From Candidatus Latescibacterota bacterium (GTDB taxonomy: Bacteria; Latescibacterota; UBA2968), in NCBI GenBank assembly GCA_965205975.1, contig OZ242195.1:3488001-3552000 (forward strand): a stretch of 64,000 nucleotides of DNA. Reading direction: 5' to 3'. The notes beneath the pieces were generated by a model. That model was not told the DNA's origin. It worked only from the letters and a program-made list of their open reading frames with translations, and did no database searches. Every line of letters begins with the position of its first letter. Positions within the stretch are counted from its first letter, which is position 1. A program made the position numbers and the translations under genes. Shown piece by piece: positions 28,941 to 38,529 of the stretch.

Positions 28941-31448
28941 TCACCGATTATTCCACTCAATTGTAAAACCCGTACTTTCTTCAAACGCTATCGTGCGTGT
29001 ATCGGCATCCTCTGGCACCATCGCCACCGGCACCACCACGCGATTTTCATTCAGATAAATTTTCGCCGCACCGCGCACGACACATTCTTCCGGTGTCATT
29101 GCCCGCGCTTCCCGGGCAATCTCATCTTGATTGGCAGACGGACGTACCCGAATCTCCCACCCGATCCTCTCGCCCACCACGTCTAACACCTCCCGATAGC
29201 GTTCGCCCACCTGTTGGGAAATAAAAGCCACCTCAATATATGAACCGCTCTTCAGACCCATCTTTGACGGCGCGTGGGGTTGATCCCCAAATGCCCTTCG
29301 GATCTCGCTATATGCTTTATTAATCTCCCATGCATCTGACCTCTTCTCTGGCATTGCGACTTCTGTCTTTACACCCCCTGGCCAATCCAGTATCAAATCA
29401 AAACCCGTCTTTGCCTTAAAACCCGTCGTCGCATCACCGCTTACCCGCTCCCAATCATCCGCCCCATCCTTAGACACGTCAACAGCCAACACCACCGCCT
29501 TTTGATCCAGATGCAGCGCAGGTGCCTTCAAAACCCTTGCACCTGCGGGCACAGCATCTCGCGCCTCTTCAAAAAGCTGCCCCTGATGTGGCGTCTCCCG
29601 CAACCTGAGCGACCAGCCCGTTTCATCCTCTAATTTGGCAAGCATCTCGCCATACTGCTCTCGAACCACATCGGGAAAATAAAAAGCCAGTTCATACACA
29701 CCCTCATCTATGTATGCGCTGCACTTAAACAATCCCGCCTCGGGCGGAAAAATCGACATAATATGCGCGCGGGCCTCATTCATCTCCATCGGCCCGGCTT
29801 CTGACACCTCTTTTGGATGGAACAAAAACGCACGCCGATAATCCGGCTCAAAAAACGCCCTCGAATCCGCCAACAACAACCGAAAAGCCTCCACCTCTGA
29901 AGGCGTCGTCATCTCCGTACCGAACCACATCTCCGCCAATTCCTGTGCGCGAAACGGCCCCTTCGCGCCCGTTTCCAACACATAATTGTGTACCTCCGCA
30001 AGCGTATCATCGCTCAGCGCTCTTCCGCCTGCAATACCCGCCCGTGAAACGCGCCGACCATAGCCGCGTTGTCGCATCGCCCCCATTGCCTCCACGGAAT
30101 ATGCACCGCCATTTTCTGGCAACTGCACGCCCTCTGGCAAATACACATCCACCATCGAAGACAGTGCGCCGCGCGCCTCTGCATCGCCGTGTACCAGAAA
30201 ACAGGTACGCGGTTTCAACCTCTGAACCAACCCCGTCAGTTCACCTCCATCTGCATGCGCCGAAAGCGAATAGGGTTCTACCTGACACGCCACGGATATG
30301 CGCTGCCCATTCAGCATCAACGCCCGCTCTTCGGAATCCTTCGCCTGCATCAGATCCAACAACGCACGCCCGGGAGACTCCTCATCCTGATACCCCGTTA
30401 TAGCAATCAAATTCGCCGCATCGCTGGCCAAATGCTCGGCATAAAAACTCGACGCGCCTCCGATCAACATCCCCGAAGACGCCACAATACAACACGGCGG
30501 CCCCGACAAAACACGGCGGCGATCAGCCGGTGACGACACCGCTCCCACAGCATCCGAATAAAAAATATCCTCATCTCGCGCCACCCTGCGCCGCACCGCT
30601 GGCGCGAGATCATCGCCAAACGTCGAATACACCGCATTGACCGACCGCACCATCCCATCGACAAACACGGGAAACTCGGGAATCTGCTTGCGCCGCATCG
30701 CCCGTGCCAAAATTAGAATAACCTCCTGAGAACGCCCCACAGCAAAAGCGGGAACCAGCACCTTGCCGCCCGCTTCAATCACCTCGGCCACGCGCAATGC
30801 AAGCGCGGCCTCTTGCTGGGCGCGATCTGCATGTTGACGATTGCCATACGTCGATTCCATCACCATCACATCGGGTCGGCACTGCGGCACAACCATACCC
30901 GGAATCGTCAGCTGATTGGCAACCGACACATCGCCCGTCATCAAAACACTTTCCCGCACCCCCTCAATATAGATCAACGCCGCACCCAGAATATGCCCGG
31001 CGGGAATCCACGTCGCGGTCAACGCGCCATCGCAAATCGGCACTGTTGCAAGCCACGGCACATCCACCATACGCCCCAAAGCCTCATCGGCTGCCTCGGG
31101 CGGATAAAGCGGCAACTCGCCATCCCGGTCTTGCGCCATCAATTTCACGGCATCTGACAACAACACCCGTGTAATCGCCTGCGTTGCAGGCGTACAATAC
31201 ACCTTCACACCCGCCGGCAAACTATTCACCAAAACCGGCAACGCACCCGTGTGATCGGTATGCGCGTGTGTAAGCAGCACCTCATCGGGCATACCCACAT
31301 CGTCCAGCACAGAAAAATTGGGCAACTGCGATCCCTGTGCAGCACCCATTCGAATACCCGCATCCACCAGAATGCGTCGCCCTTCGATCTCAATCAATGT
31401 GCAGGAAGCACCGACCTCGTCGGCACCGCCCAAAAAGTGGAGTTTCAT
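28941..31448 (-). CDS. MBL-fold beta-CASP ribonuclease with long repeated C-terminal extension
   Basis: GGADEVGASC, THAHTDH, AGHILG, MESTYG, FAVGRSQE, GYQ, LSAHAD, VHG. Confidence 0.9.
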   Translation of the reverse strand: MKLHFLGGADEVGASCTLIEIEGRRILVDAGIRMGAAQGSQLPNFSVLDDVGMPDEVLLTHAHTDHTGALPVLVNSLPAGVKVYCTPATQAITRVLLSDAVKLMAQDRDGELPLYPPEAADEALGRMVDVPWLATVPICDGALTATWIPAGHILGAALIYIEGVRESVLMTGDVSVANQLTIPGMVVPQCRPDVMVMESTYGNRQHADRAQQEAALALRVAEVIEAGGKVLVPAFAVGRSQEVILILARAMRRKQIPEFPVFVDGMVRSVNAVYSTFGDDLAPAVRRRVARDEDIFYSDAVGAVSSPADRRRVLSGPPCCIVASSGMLIGGASSFYAEHLASDAANLIAITGYQDEESPGRALLDLMQAKDSEERALMLNGQRISVACQVEPYSLSAHADGGELTGLVQRLKPRTCFLVHGDAEARGALSSMVDVYLPEGVQLPENGGAYSVEAMGAMRQRGYGRRVSRAGIAGGRALSDDTLAEVHNYVLETGAKGPFRAQELAEMWFGTEMTTPSEVEAFRLLLADSRAFFEPDYRRAFLFHPKEVSEAGPMEMNEARAHIMSIFPPEAGLFKCSAYIDEGVYELAFYFPDVVREQYGEMLAKLEDETGWSLRLRETPHQGQLFEEARDAVPAGARVLKAPALHLDQKAVVLAVDVSKDGADDWERVSGDATTGFKAKTGFDLILDWPGGVKTEVAMPEKRSDAWEINKAYSEIRRAFGDQPHAPSKMGLKSGSYIEVAFISQQVGERYREVLDVVGERIGWEIRVRPSANQDEIAREARAMTPEECVVRGAAKIYLNENRVVVPVAMVPEDADTRTIAFEESTGFTIEWNNR

Positions 31449-31506
31449 GAAATAGTTGTCCCAAAAACTAAAATACGCTATTTTTTCCAGACAGGAGGTA
31501 ATCGCT

Positions 31507-32127
31507 TTGATCGACATTCAAATCCAAAAAGAGAAAACACTTCCCGAAGAACCCGTCACAATCGAGCAATTTCTGGCCTGGTGTGAAGAAGACATTTGGG
31601 CCGAATGGGTGGATGGAGAAGTCATTATCATGTCGCCAGCATCGCGTAAACACCAGCAAATTGCAGATTTTTTATCCGCCATTCTTCGGATCTTTTCAGA
31701 AACCAAAAACCTGGGCCTCGCCATCAGTGCGCCCTTCTCCATGCGCCTCGATGAACCCTCCGCAATTCGAGAACCCGACCTGCTATTCATCAGCACAGCA
31801 AATTTGCACCGTCTCAAAGAAAGCTATCTCGACGGCCCGGCAGATATTGCAATCGAAATCGTCTCGCCTGAAAGTATTGAACGCGACCGAGAAGACAAAT
31901 TTACCGAATATGAACAGGCGGGTATCTCAGAATACTGGCTCATCGATCTCGTTCACGAACAAGCCGAATTTTATATTTTGCAACAGGGAAGATATCATCT
32001 CGCCGACATCTCCGACGGTATCTTCCGATCCCACATCTTATCCGGGTTCGACCTGCAAATCGCATGGCTCTGGCAAAACCCCCTGCCCAACACATTGCGC
32101 GTCTTGCGCAAAATCGGCATTTTGTAA
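31507..32127 (+). CDS. Uma2 (DUF820) family endonuclease
   Basis: AEWVDGEV, HQ, REPDLLF, ADIAIEIVSP, DREDK..Y..AGI.EYWLID; TTG start after AGGAGG. Confidence 0.9.
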   Translation: MIDIQIQKEKTLPEEPVTIEQFLAWCEEDIWAEWVDGEVIIMSPASRKHQQIADFLSAILRIFSETKNLGLAISAPFSMRLDEPSAIREPDLLFISTANLHRLKESYLDGPADIAIEIVSPESIERDREDKFTEYEQAGISEYWLIDLVHEQAEFYILQQGRYHLADISDGIFRSHILSGFDLQIAWLWQNPLPNTLRVLRKIGIL

Positions 32128-32140
32128 CATCTTTAGATCT

Positions 32141-33244
32141 ATGCTCAAATCATTCGCCTTCATATTTGCTTACCTGCCCGTACGGAAACCCCGTACCCAG
32201 ACAAATAGGCTACGCCCCTCCCACTTGCCTTTTCCTTCACACTTCACACTTCTCACTTCTTACTTCTTATTGATCCTGCTCTTCGGCTGTACTGAACGCC
32301 AGGTCCGCATCCACTTTGAACAGGCGGAAAAATATCGCCACGAAGGCAAAATCGACCTCGCAATCGAAGAATACAAAGCCATCATCGTCCTGAGTCCCGA
32401 TGCGTTTGACGCCCTCAACAACCTCGGTTATCTATACGTTGGAAAAGGCCAATATGCCAATGCCATAGCACAATATCAAAAAGCCATCGCCGTCAAGCCC
32501 GACTTTGCCGAAGCCCACTTCAACCTGGGCGTCGCATACATCGCACATAGCCAACTCGACAGCGCCATAGCTGCGTACCAACGCGCCCTCCAACACGATC
32601 CCAAAAACCACGAAATCCACAACAACCTGGGCGCCGCCCACACCATGGCTGGCAATCGCACAGAAGCCGAAGTCAGCTACCAGCGGGCACTCAAACTCAA
32701 ACCCGACTACGCCGACGTTTACAATAACCTCGGACTACTCTACACCTACGAAGGTCGGTACCGAGACGCCCTCCCACAATACGAAAAAGCCATCCGCTAC
32801 AAACCCAACTTTGCCGACGCGTACAATAACATGGGCAGTGCGCACCTCGAATTGGGCCAATATGAAGACGCCATCCAGCACTTTCAAACCGCCGTCCGCC
32901 TCCAACCCAATCACGCACTCGCCCAGGAAAACCTTCGAGAAACCAAAACGCGCATAGAAGCGCGCGAAGCCGGAGAAATGCGCGCCCAACACATCCTCGT
33001 CAAAACCGAAGCCGACGCCCAAAAATTGCTCGAACAACTCGACTCAGGTGCCGAATTTGAAGCACTCGCACAACTCTATTCCACCGACGCGGCATCCGGG
33101 CGACAAGGAGGCGACCTCGGCGCATTTCTGCCCGGCACGCTCTTGCCCAAATTTGAACAAGCCGTAAAGAAAATCGAACCTGGAAAAATCGGTGGACCCG
33201 TCAAAACCCCAGCCGGATATCATATCATTAAACGCATATATTGA
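32141..33244 (+). CDS. TPR + parvulin-type PPIase, putative lipoprotein
   Basis: LLFGC lipobox, about 6 TPRs, RAQHILV..GGDLG.F..FEQA..PVKT.AGYHII. Confidence 0.85.
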   Translation: MLKSFAFIFAYLPVRKPRTQTNRLRPSHLPFPSHFTLLTSYFLLILLFGCTERQVRIHFEQAEKYRHEGKIDLAIEEYKAIIVLSPDAFDALNNLGYLYVGKGQYANAIAQYQKAIAVKPDFAEAHFNLGVAYIAHSQLDSAIAAYQRALQHDPKNHEIHNNLGAAHTMAGNRTEAEVSYQRALKLKPDYADVYNNLGLLYTYEGRYRDALPQYEKAIRYKPNFADAYNNMGSAHLELGQYEDAIQHFQTAVRLQPNHALAQENLRETKTRIEAREAGEMRAQHILVKTEADAQKLLEQLDSGAEFEALAQLYSTDAASGRQGGDLGAFLPGTLLPKFEQAVKKIEPGKIGGPVKTPAGYHIIKRIY

Positions 33245-33270
33245 GTCATCAACACACGCTATCCACAGGC

Positions 33271-33552
33271 TGTCATTCTGAGCCGTAACGCAGTGGAGGC
33301 GAAGGAGCGGGGTACAACTGCGACAGCAGTTCATCTCATACCAACACAGGTGGAACAGATGCTTCGGCTACGCTCAGCATGACAAAATACCACTCGCCGA
33401 CTCTGGTGGAACAGATGCTTCGGCTACGCTCAGCATGACAAAACACCACTCACCAACTCAAGTGGTAAAGATGCTTCGGCTACGCTCAGCATGACAAAAC
33501 ACCACTCACCAACTCAAGTGGTAAAGATGCTTCGGCTACGCTCAGCATGACA
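33271..33552. repeat. Inverted-repeat element plus 56-bp-period tandem repeats of AGATGCTTCGGCTACGCTCAGCATGACA (4 copies)
   Basis: Copies at 33357, 33413, 33469, 33525; left arm TGTCATTCTGAGC at 33271. Confidence 0.9.
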
Positions 33553-33569
33553 GAGACACGAGACGATAA

Positions 33570-33860
33570 ATGAATGAATACTTTATCTATATCACGACAA
33601 ATCGCTCTGGAACCCTCTATATAGGTGTTACCAACAATCTAACAAGAAGGGTTTATGAACATAAATGCAAGCTCGTTCCTGGTTTCACAAGCAAATACAA
33701 CATCAATAGGCTGATATATTTTGAAACAACATCCGATATCCGCGAAGCCATATCAAGAGAGAAACAGTTAAAGGGGTGGACGCGAAAGAAAAAACTCGAT
33801 CTGATAAGAACCACCAATCCAATTTTCGCTGATTTGTCCGAGGATTGGTACTCGCACTGA
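33570..33860 (+). CDS. Small GIY-YIG nuclease (YhbQ/UPF0213-like)
   Basis: YFIYI..LYIGVTNNL.RR..EH, FTSKY, AISREKQLKGW.R.KK..LI..NP. Confidence 0.93.
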   Translation: MNEYFIYITTNRSGTLYIGVTNNLTRRVYEHKCKLVPGFTSKYNINRLIYFETTSDIREAISREKQLKGWTRKKKLDLIRTTNPIFADLSEDWYSH

Positions 33861-33873
33861 TATTATTGGTTCA

Positions 33874-34326
33874 TCATCGAGAAGCACTCTCATAAGTGTA
33901 ACTCTCCAAAGCCTCTTTCGCCATATCGAGTGCCTTCACAGCCTGTTCACGGCTCACACTTGGAAAGCCACACAAAAACTCGTCCAGATTATCTCCAGCT
34001 GCCAGATAGTCGAACAGGTTTTTTACAGGCACGCGGGTTCCTTTGAACACGGGCAGGCCGCTCATGGTACCCTTGCGGCTGTGAACAACGCCATTCGCGT
34101 TCTCGCGCACCCTCTTTCCGATTTCCTCCACCGCCTGCTCGCGGCTCACTGATGGAAAATAGTCTAAGAAAATGTGCAGATTGGACCCTTTTTCCAAATA
34201 GTAGAAAAGTTTCTTCACAGGCACATCGGTTCCCTCAAAGACGCGAGCATCGTCTGCAATATCCTCACCATTTTGGATAACGTCTTCCTCAATTGTGGTG
34301 GACAGGCTTTTGTTTGGTTGCATCAT
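33874..34326 (-). CDS. Tandem DUF433 domain protein (antitoxin-like)
   Basis: Two repeats of VF.GT.VPVK.LF.YL..G.NL..FL..FPSVSREQAV. Confidence 0.88.
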   Translation of the reverse strand: MMQPNKSLSTTIEEDVIQNGEDIADDARVFEGTDVPVKKLFYYLEKGSNLHIFLDYFPSVSREQAVEEIGKRVRENANGVVHSRKGTMSGLPVFKGTRVPVKNLFDYLAAGDNLDEFLCGFPSVSREQAVKALDMAKEALESYTYESASR

Positions 34327-34359
34327 GGCAAATCTCCTTATCTTCGCGCTCCAAAACTC

Positions 34360-37236
34360 TCAATCACCCAGCACAAACTGCGCCTGCTTGCTCACGCTGG
34401 GCGTATCCGATTTGATCAAATCCGTCACCACCACCTCGATCTCCAATTGCTCCTTGCTATTCTCGGGTACATCCAGTGCAATATAAAGCGGCTCTGATGT
34501 CGCGGTCCCCGTATGCTCATAAGAAATCTGCACCCCATCAGCCCGTGGCGTTTGGCCCAACAGCCGTCCCAATCCCCGAACCAGCCCCGTACCCTGTACT
34601 CCTTTAAGCCTGTATTCCACGCGGTAACTTGTTTGCCCAAACGCATCCCGGCTCAAATTGTAAACCTCGTAATAGAGATAAACCGGTTGCCCCTTCGCAA
34701 AAATCTTAGACGGCAGAGGCACCACCTGCAAATCCCCCTTTTGGAACTTCCCCACCTGCTCTCCCACCTCGACAACCTGCCCCGCCAGTTCCAGATCGCT
34801 CAGCGCCAGAGCCTCACCGCGGAAAGATTGAACTGTGACATACATCTTATGCGCCTGAATTTTTCGGCTTATAGGATCGCGCACCTGAGCGGCCAGGAAA
34901 TACTGCCCCGGAGACAGTGCCGCACGCACCTGATCCACCATCAGCGTCCCCTTCCCCGCCTGCCCACGGATAGCTTCAGCCACCCGCACGCTATCCCGAA
35001 AAACCGGCCTCAGCGAACGATCATAGACCACCACGTCTCGATCCAGCATCACCTGTGAATTTCCCGACGGCGTCAAAGCGGCCATTGGCACACCCATATA
35101 CGTCTCCATAGCCGTCTCTCGCTCAGATTCGCGGAAATTTGCCGTGTACATATAAAAATCCAGAGGATCGCCCCCGTAATCATGCACATAAACCGAAGGC
35201 GTATGGGACACAACCCGTGCCACAACCGTCTCGGGCGCCATCCGCGACCACAGCGCGTGATTGGGCGAATTGGGTGGAATAGGCGCGAAATCGAAAAAAC
35301 CACTACCCGTAGGATCCAGAAACGTAATCTCGATTCCCCCGCCGACCTCGGCATAAATCCACGACTCCCACTTATAACCCAGTTCAGACCCATCGCGCAT
35401 CACACTGCGCCTGCGCGGTACCGGAAAAGTCGGCATCCCCCGCAACTCAGCCGTCTCAGCCTCCACCCCATATCCATACGACGAACTCGACTGCCCGTGT
35501 ACATGTTTGCTCGGCGCAACTTCCTCCAGGGCATTTGCAGCCATCATATTCAGGCGATTCTTCACCTTTGCGACTTTTTTATCTGTCTCAAACACCAGAT
35601 AATCGGACCAACTCTGATGATCTGGATGCCCCAGCCGAATGTACACATCGCCCCGACGGTCCCATCCCCGGCCGTGCCACTCTTCCAGACCCTCGGTAAA
35701 ATTTGAACGCGCAAAATGCACCCGACGGTAATGCTCAACACGGCGCTCGTTCACCTGTGTCGTCGGCGTGGGATCCTGCTCCAGCCAGAAAACTTCTCGA
35801 AGCTGTGTTAGCGACCGCCCAAAAGCCGTCTGCATTTTGGAAAGCGCCTCGGCAGGAGCCACCAGAGACAAATCGTGGTAATACCCCCGTTCTGTCGGAT
35901 CCAAAAACTGAAAATAACGCTCAAAAGCCGCCTGCGCCTGGGCAAAATCCTCCCGCTCAATATACATCTCGGCCAAAAGCGGCAAATACTCTTTCGGCTT
36001 TGTCTGTGCCATCTCCTTCAACTCATCCAGACTATAGGTCTCCTCCCCCACACTCTTCAACCGCATCGCCACATGCGCCAGACGCGCAGGCGTAATAGGA
36101 TGGCCGGGATTCACCGCCATCTGTCGCGAATACGCTTTCATCGCCTTGTCGTAATAGCGCAGCGACTCGTAAAAAACACCCAGCTTGAAATACGCGTCAT
36201 AGTGATCCGGAAAAAGCTCTATCACATTCCCAAAATAGTGATCCAGATCCACACGATCCATCCCCACCATCGCCAGATGGCACATCCCCAGATTGTAGTG
36301 TGCCGCCGTATATGCTTTATCCATCGCGCAGGTCTCGCGAAACAACCTCAGCGCCCGCGACTTCTGGCCCGGCATCTTCAGTGCCGCCAGCGCCCGCCCG
36401 TTGCGCGCCTCCACAAATCTTCTCTTTTTTTGAATCGCCTTTAAGAACAATTTTTCAGCTTCTTTTACATCGTCCTGCTCCAGGCGAAGATAGCCCAACG
36501 CGCACATCGCCACCACATCATTCGGGTGCAAAATCATCATCCGGTCGCAAATACGTGCAGCCTCCTTCACCAGCTTCTCATCCGGAGCCTGCGCCCGCGT
36601 AATATACTTCTTCGGAATCAGGTCTCCCCGCTCAAAATACGCATCTGACACCGTCACATAGCGGCGTCCAAAGTGGTAATCGTAATAATACTTCAGCACC
36701 AGCGGATTGCGCGCCTGCCAGAACCGCGCCAAAAACAGGCCCTTGTTATTCCGATCCAATGCCTTGTAAAAAGCCGCCGTATCCGCGTCGGCCACCTCCG
36801 CCAAAATCACACCCGCCACCTGCTCTTCAAACTCGCCAAAACTCGCCTGCAATTCTACCTCGGCAACCTGTTGACCCGCCTCTCCCCCCTCCGCTTCTCT
36901 TTCTCGCTCTAAAATTTTGATGTGTACCCGCTCTACCCGAAGCTCGCCGATCAAAGTTTTAAGCACCACCTCTGACTCCGATTCCGACACAATCTCACCC
37001 TTCAACACCGTGCCATCCACGAGCAACACAGTAACATTGCGCGAAGGCTGCTCTATCATTTTAATCAGCGACTTTTCCACTCGAAGTTTGCCCATCGCCG
37101 TCTTGATCACCATCTCTGTCTCAGACTCAGACACAATCTCGCCCTTCAACACCGTACCATCCTGGAGCAACACCGTTGCGCCATAAACGGGCGTAACCGC
37201 CAAAAAGAGGCAAAGTGCAATTAAGAAAGTCTTCAT
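34360..37236 (-). CDS. Exported GWxTD-domain + TPR protein
   Basis: Signal peptide, two N-terminal VLL.DGTVLKGEIVSESE repeats, TPRs, FW..QDPTP.T.VNE...EHYRRV..GWDRRG.VYIRLG.P. Confidence 0.8.
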   Translation of the reverse strand: MKTFLIALCLFLAVTPVYGATVLLQDGTVLKGEIVSESETEMVIKTAMGKLRVEKSLIKMIEQPSRNVTVLLVDGTVLKGEIVSESESEVVLKTLIGELRVERVHIKILEREREAEGGEAGQQVAEVELQASFGEFEEQVAGVILAEVADADTAAFYKALDRNNKGLFLARFWQARNPLVLKYYYDYHFGRRYVTVSDAYFERGDLIPKKYITRAQAPDEKLVKEAARICDRMMILHPNDVVAMCALGYLRLEQDDVKEAEKLFLKAIQKKRRFVEARNGRALAALKMPGQKSRALRLFRETCAMDKAYTAAHYNLGMCHLAMVGMDRVDLDHYFGNVIELFPDHYDAYFKLGVFYESLRYYDKAMKAYSRQMAVNPGHPITPARLAHVAMRLKSVGEETYSLDELKEMAQTKPKEYLPLLAEMYIEREDFAQAQAAFERYFQFLDPTERGYYHDLSLVAPAEALSKMQTAFGRSLTQLREVFWLEQDPTPTTQVNERRVEHYRRVHFARSNFTEGLEEWHGRGWDRRGDVYIRLGHPDHQSWSDYLVFETDKKVAKVKNRLNMMAANALEEVAPSKHVHGQSSSSYGYGVEAETAELRGMPTFPVPRRRSVMRDGSELGYKWESWIYAEVGGGIEITFLDPTGSGFFDFAPIPPNSPNHALWSRMAPETVVARVVSHTPSVYVHDYGGDPLDFYMYTANFRESERETAMETYMGVPMAALTPSGNSQVMLDRDVVVYDRSLRPVFRDSVRVAEAIRGQAGKGTLMVDQVRAALSPGQYFLAAQVRDPISRKIQAHKMYVTVQSFRGEALALSDLELAGQVVEVGEQVGKFQKGDLQVVPLPSKIFAKGQPVYLYYEVYNLSRDAFGQTSYRVEYRLKGVQGTGLVRGLGRLLGQTPRADGVQISYEHTGTATSEPLYIALDVPENSKEQLEIEVVVTDLIKSDTPSVSKQAQFVLGD

Positions 37237-37316
37237 ATTACATCCCTATCCTGAAGAACCCCGGAAAAAGCAAAGGCAAATACAATACCCCTTCCCCGCA
37301 CACCTGTCAAGCCATG

Positions 37317-37354
37317 AAAAATCGGCGGAAGGATACCAGACCCTTCCGCCGATT
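37317..37354 (-). terminator. Intrinsic terminator
   Basis: AATCGGCGGAAGG/CCTTCCGCCGATT stem followed by a U tract on the minus strand, after the PorV-like gene. Confidence 0.65.
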
Positions 37355-37389
37355 ATATTACCTCGAGGTGTTAATCTTCAAGTCAGAGG

Positions 37390-38472
37390 TTAAAAATCAA
37401 CAGCCCCTGAAATCACATGCACAGAAGAAAAGAAATCGCTGTCAAATGCCTTAAAGGCATAATCGAGCTTAACACCCCTACCGGTCTCCGTCAAATACTT
37501 CAGACCACCGCCAAAAGCATAGCTCTCTGTATCGTGATTGGTCTTATAACCCGCACGACCAGAAAAACCAATCGGACTGCCAGCAGCCTGGAATGTGTAT
37601 TCGATTCCCACCAGAACCTGCTCGTCAAAATCCACGGGATTTGTCACATCAAAAGCCAGATTCAGATGATGGGGAACCGGAATGCTACCCGACAGTGACA
37701 ATACATCCACCAGCATCCCCAGACGAATATTGCGCGGCAACTCAAATGCCTCTCGCTGATAGGTCTGTTCAAAGCTGTAATTTTGCACCGTCATCGCCAG
37801 AATCGTATTGCGGAAACCCGTATTGAAATACGTGCCCAGATCCACGGCAAAGGCTGTCTTTGAGTTATCGACAGTCGTGCGGTTGCCACCAATCAACACA
37901 CTCCCAGTACCTAAATTCTGACTGGCAATCTTTATATTCGCACCCACTGAAAAGCGATCTGTAATCTTCATACCATAAGCCGCAGAAAGCGCGTAATTCG
38001 ACGTTGTAAACGTTCCCGTCTCTGTAAAACCCGCGCCTGCAGGATTTGGATCAATGGCAGTGCCATTGAAATTACCGGCATCATAAGTCACAAATCCCAA
38101 ACCAAAGGTACCGCGGCCCGGAATATTGAGCGCCGCACCAGCGACCTGGCTTTTGGTATCCGCAATCCATGAAACATAAGTGAAAAATGCTTCACGACCA
38201 TCAAAAAACGCCAGCGTTGCGGGATTGGTAAACACACCAGACGCAGAACCGATCATGCCTGTACCTGCACCTGCAAGGGCTGCAGAACGCGCATTGGTCG
38301 GCAACTTCAAAAATGTAAAGCCAGCCTGAGCAACTTTGATAAATATGGGATTGTTTTCTTCGTGATTCTCTGGCAAAATTTTATCTGGCACACGCAGTTG
38401 CGCTTGCGTTGTTGTAGCCAGAAGCCCGAAAAACAACGCGAGCATCATAAGGGCCAGTTTTGTGTATTTCAC
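37390..38472 (-). CDS. PorV/PorQ family outer-membrane barrel
   Basis: FTFLKL..NARSAALAG, NPA.LA, barrel strands, terminal F. Confidence 0.8.
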   Translation of the reverse strand: MKYTKLALMMLALFFGLLATTTQAQLRVPDKILPENHEENNPIFIKVAQAGFTFLKLPTNARSAALAGAGTGMIGSASGVFTNPATLAFFDGREAFFTYVSWIADTKSQVAGAALNIPGRGTFGLGFVTYDAGNFNGTAIDPNPAGAGFTETGTFTTSNYALSAAYGMKITDRFSVGANIKIASQNLGTGSVLIGGNRTTVDNSKTAFAVDLGTYFNTGFRNTILAMTVQNYSFEQTYQREAFELPRNIRLGMLVDVLSLSGSIPVPHHLNLAFDVTNPVDFDEQVLVGIEYTFQAAGSPIGFSGRAGYKTNHDTESYAFGGGLKYLTETGRGVKLDYAFKAFDSDFFSSVHVISGAVDF

Positions 38473-38529
38473 AACTTATCTCCTTGATCAAAAGCAAGTC
38501 AACTATAGCTGTTGACTGCTGGAAGCTCT

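Noticed and set aside
31583..32140. Long N-terminal part of the 553-aa TPR ORF
   Set aside because: Alternate frame of the Uma2 gene; the lipoprotein starts near 32141.
33357..33552. Possible second CRISPR array
   Set aside because: Linkers are mutually similar or identical hairpins, the repeat is one arm of a dispersed element, and no cas genes are adjacent; reported as a repeat instead.
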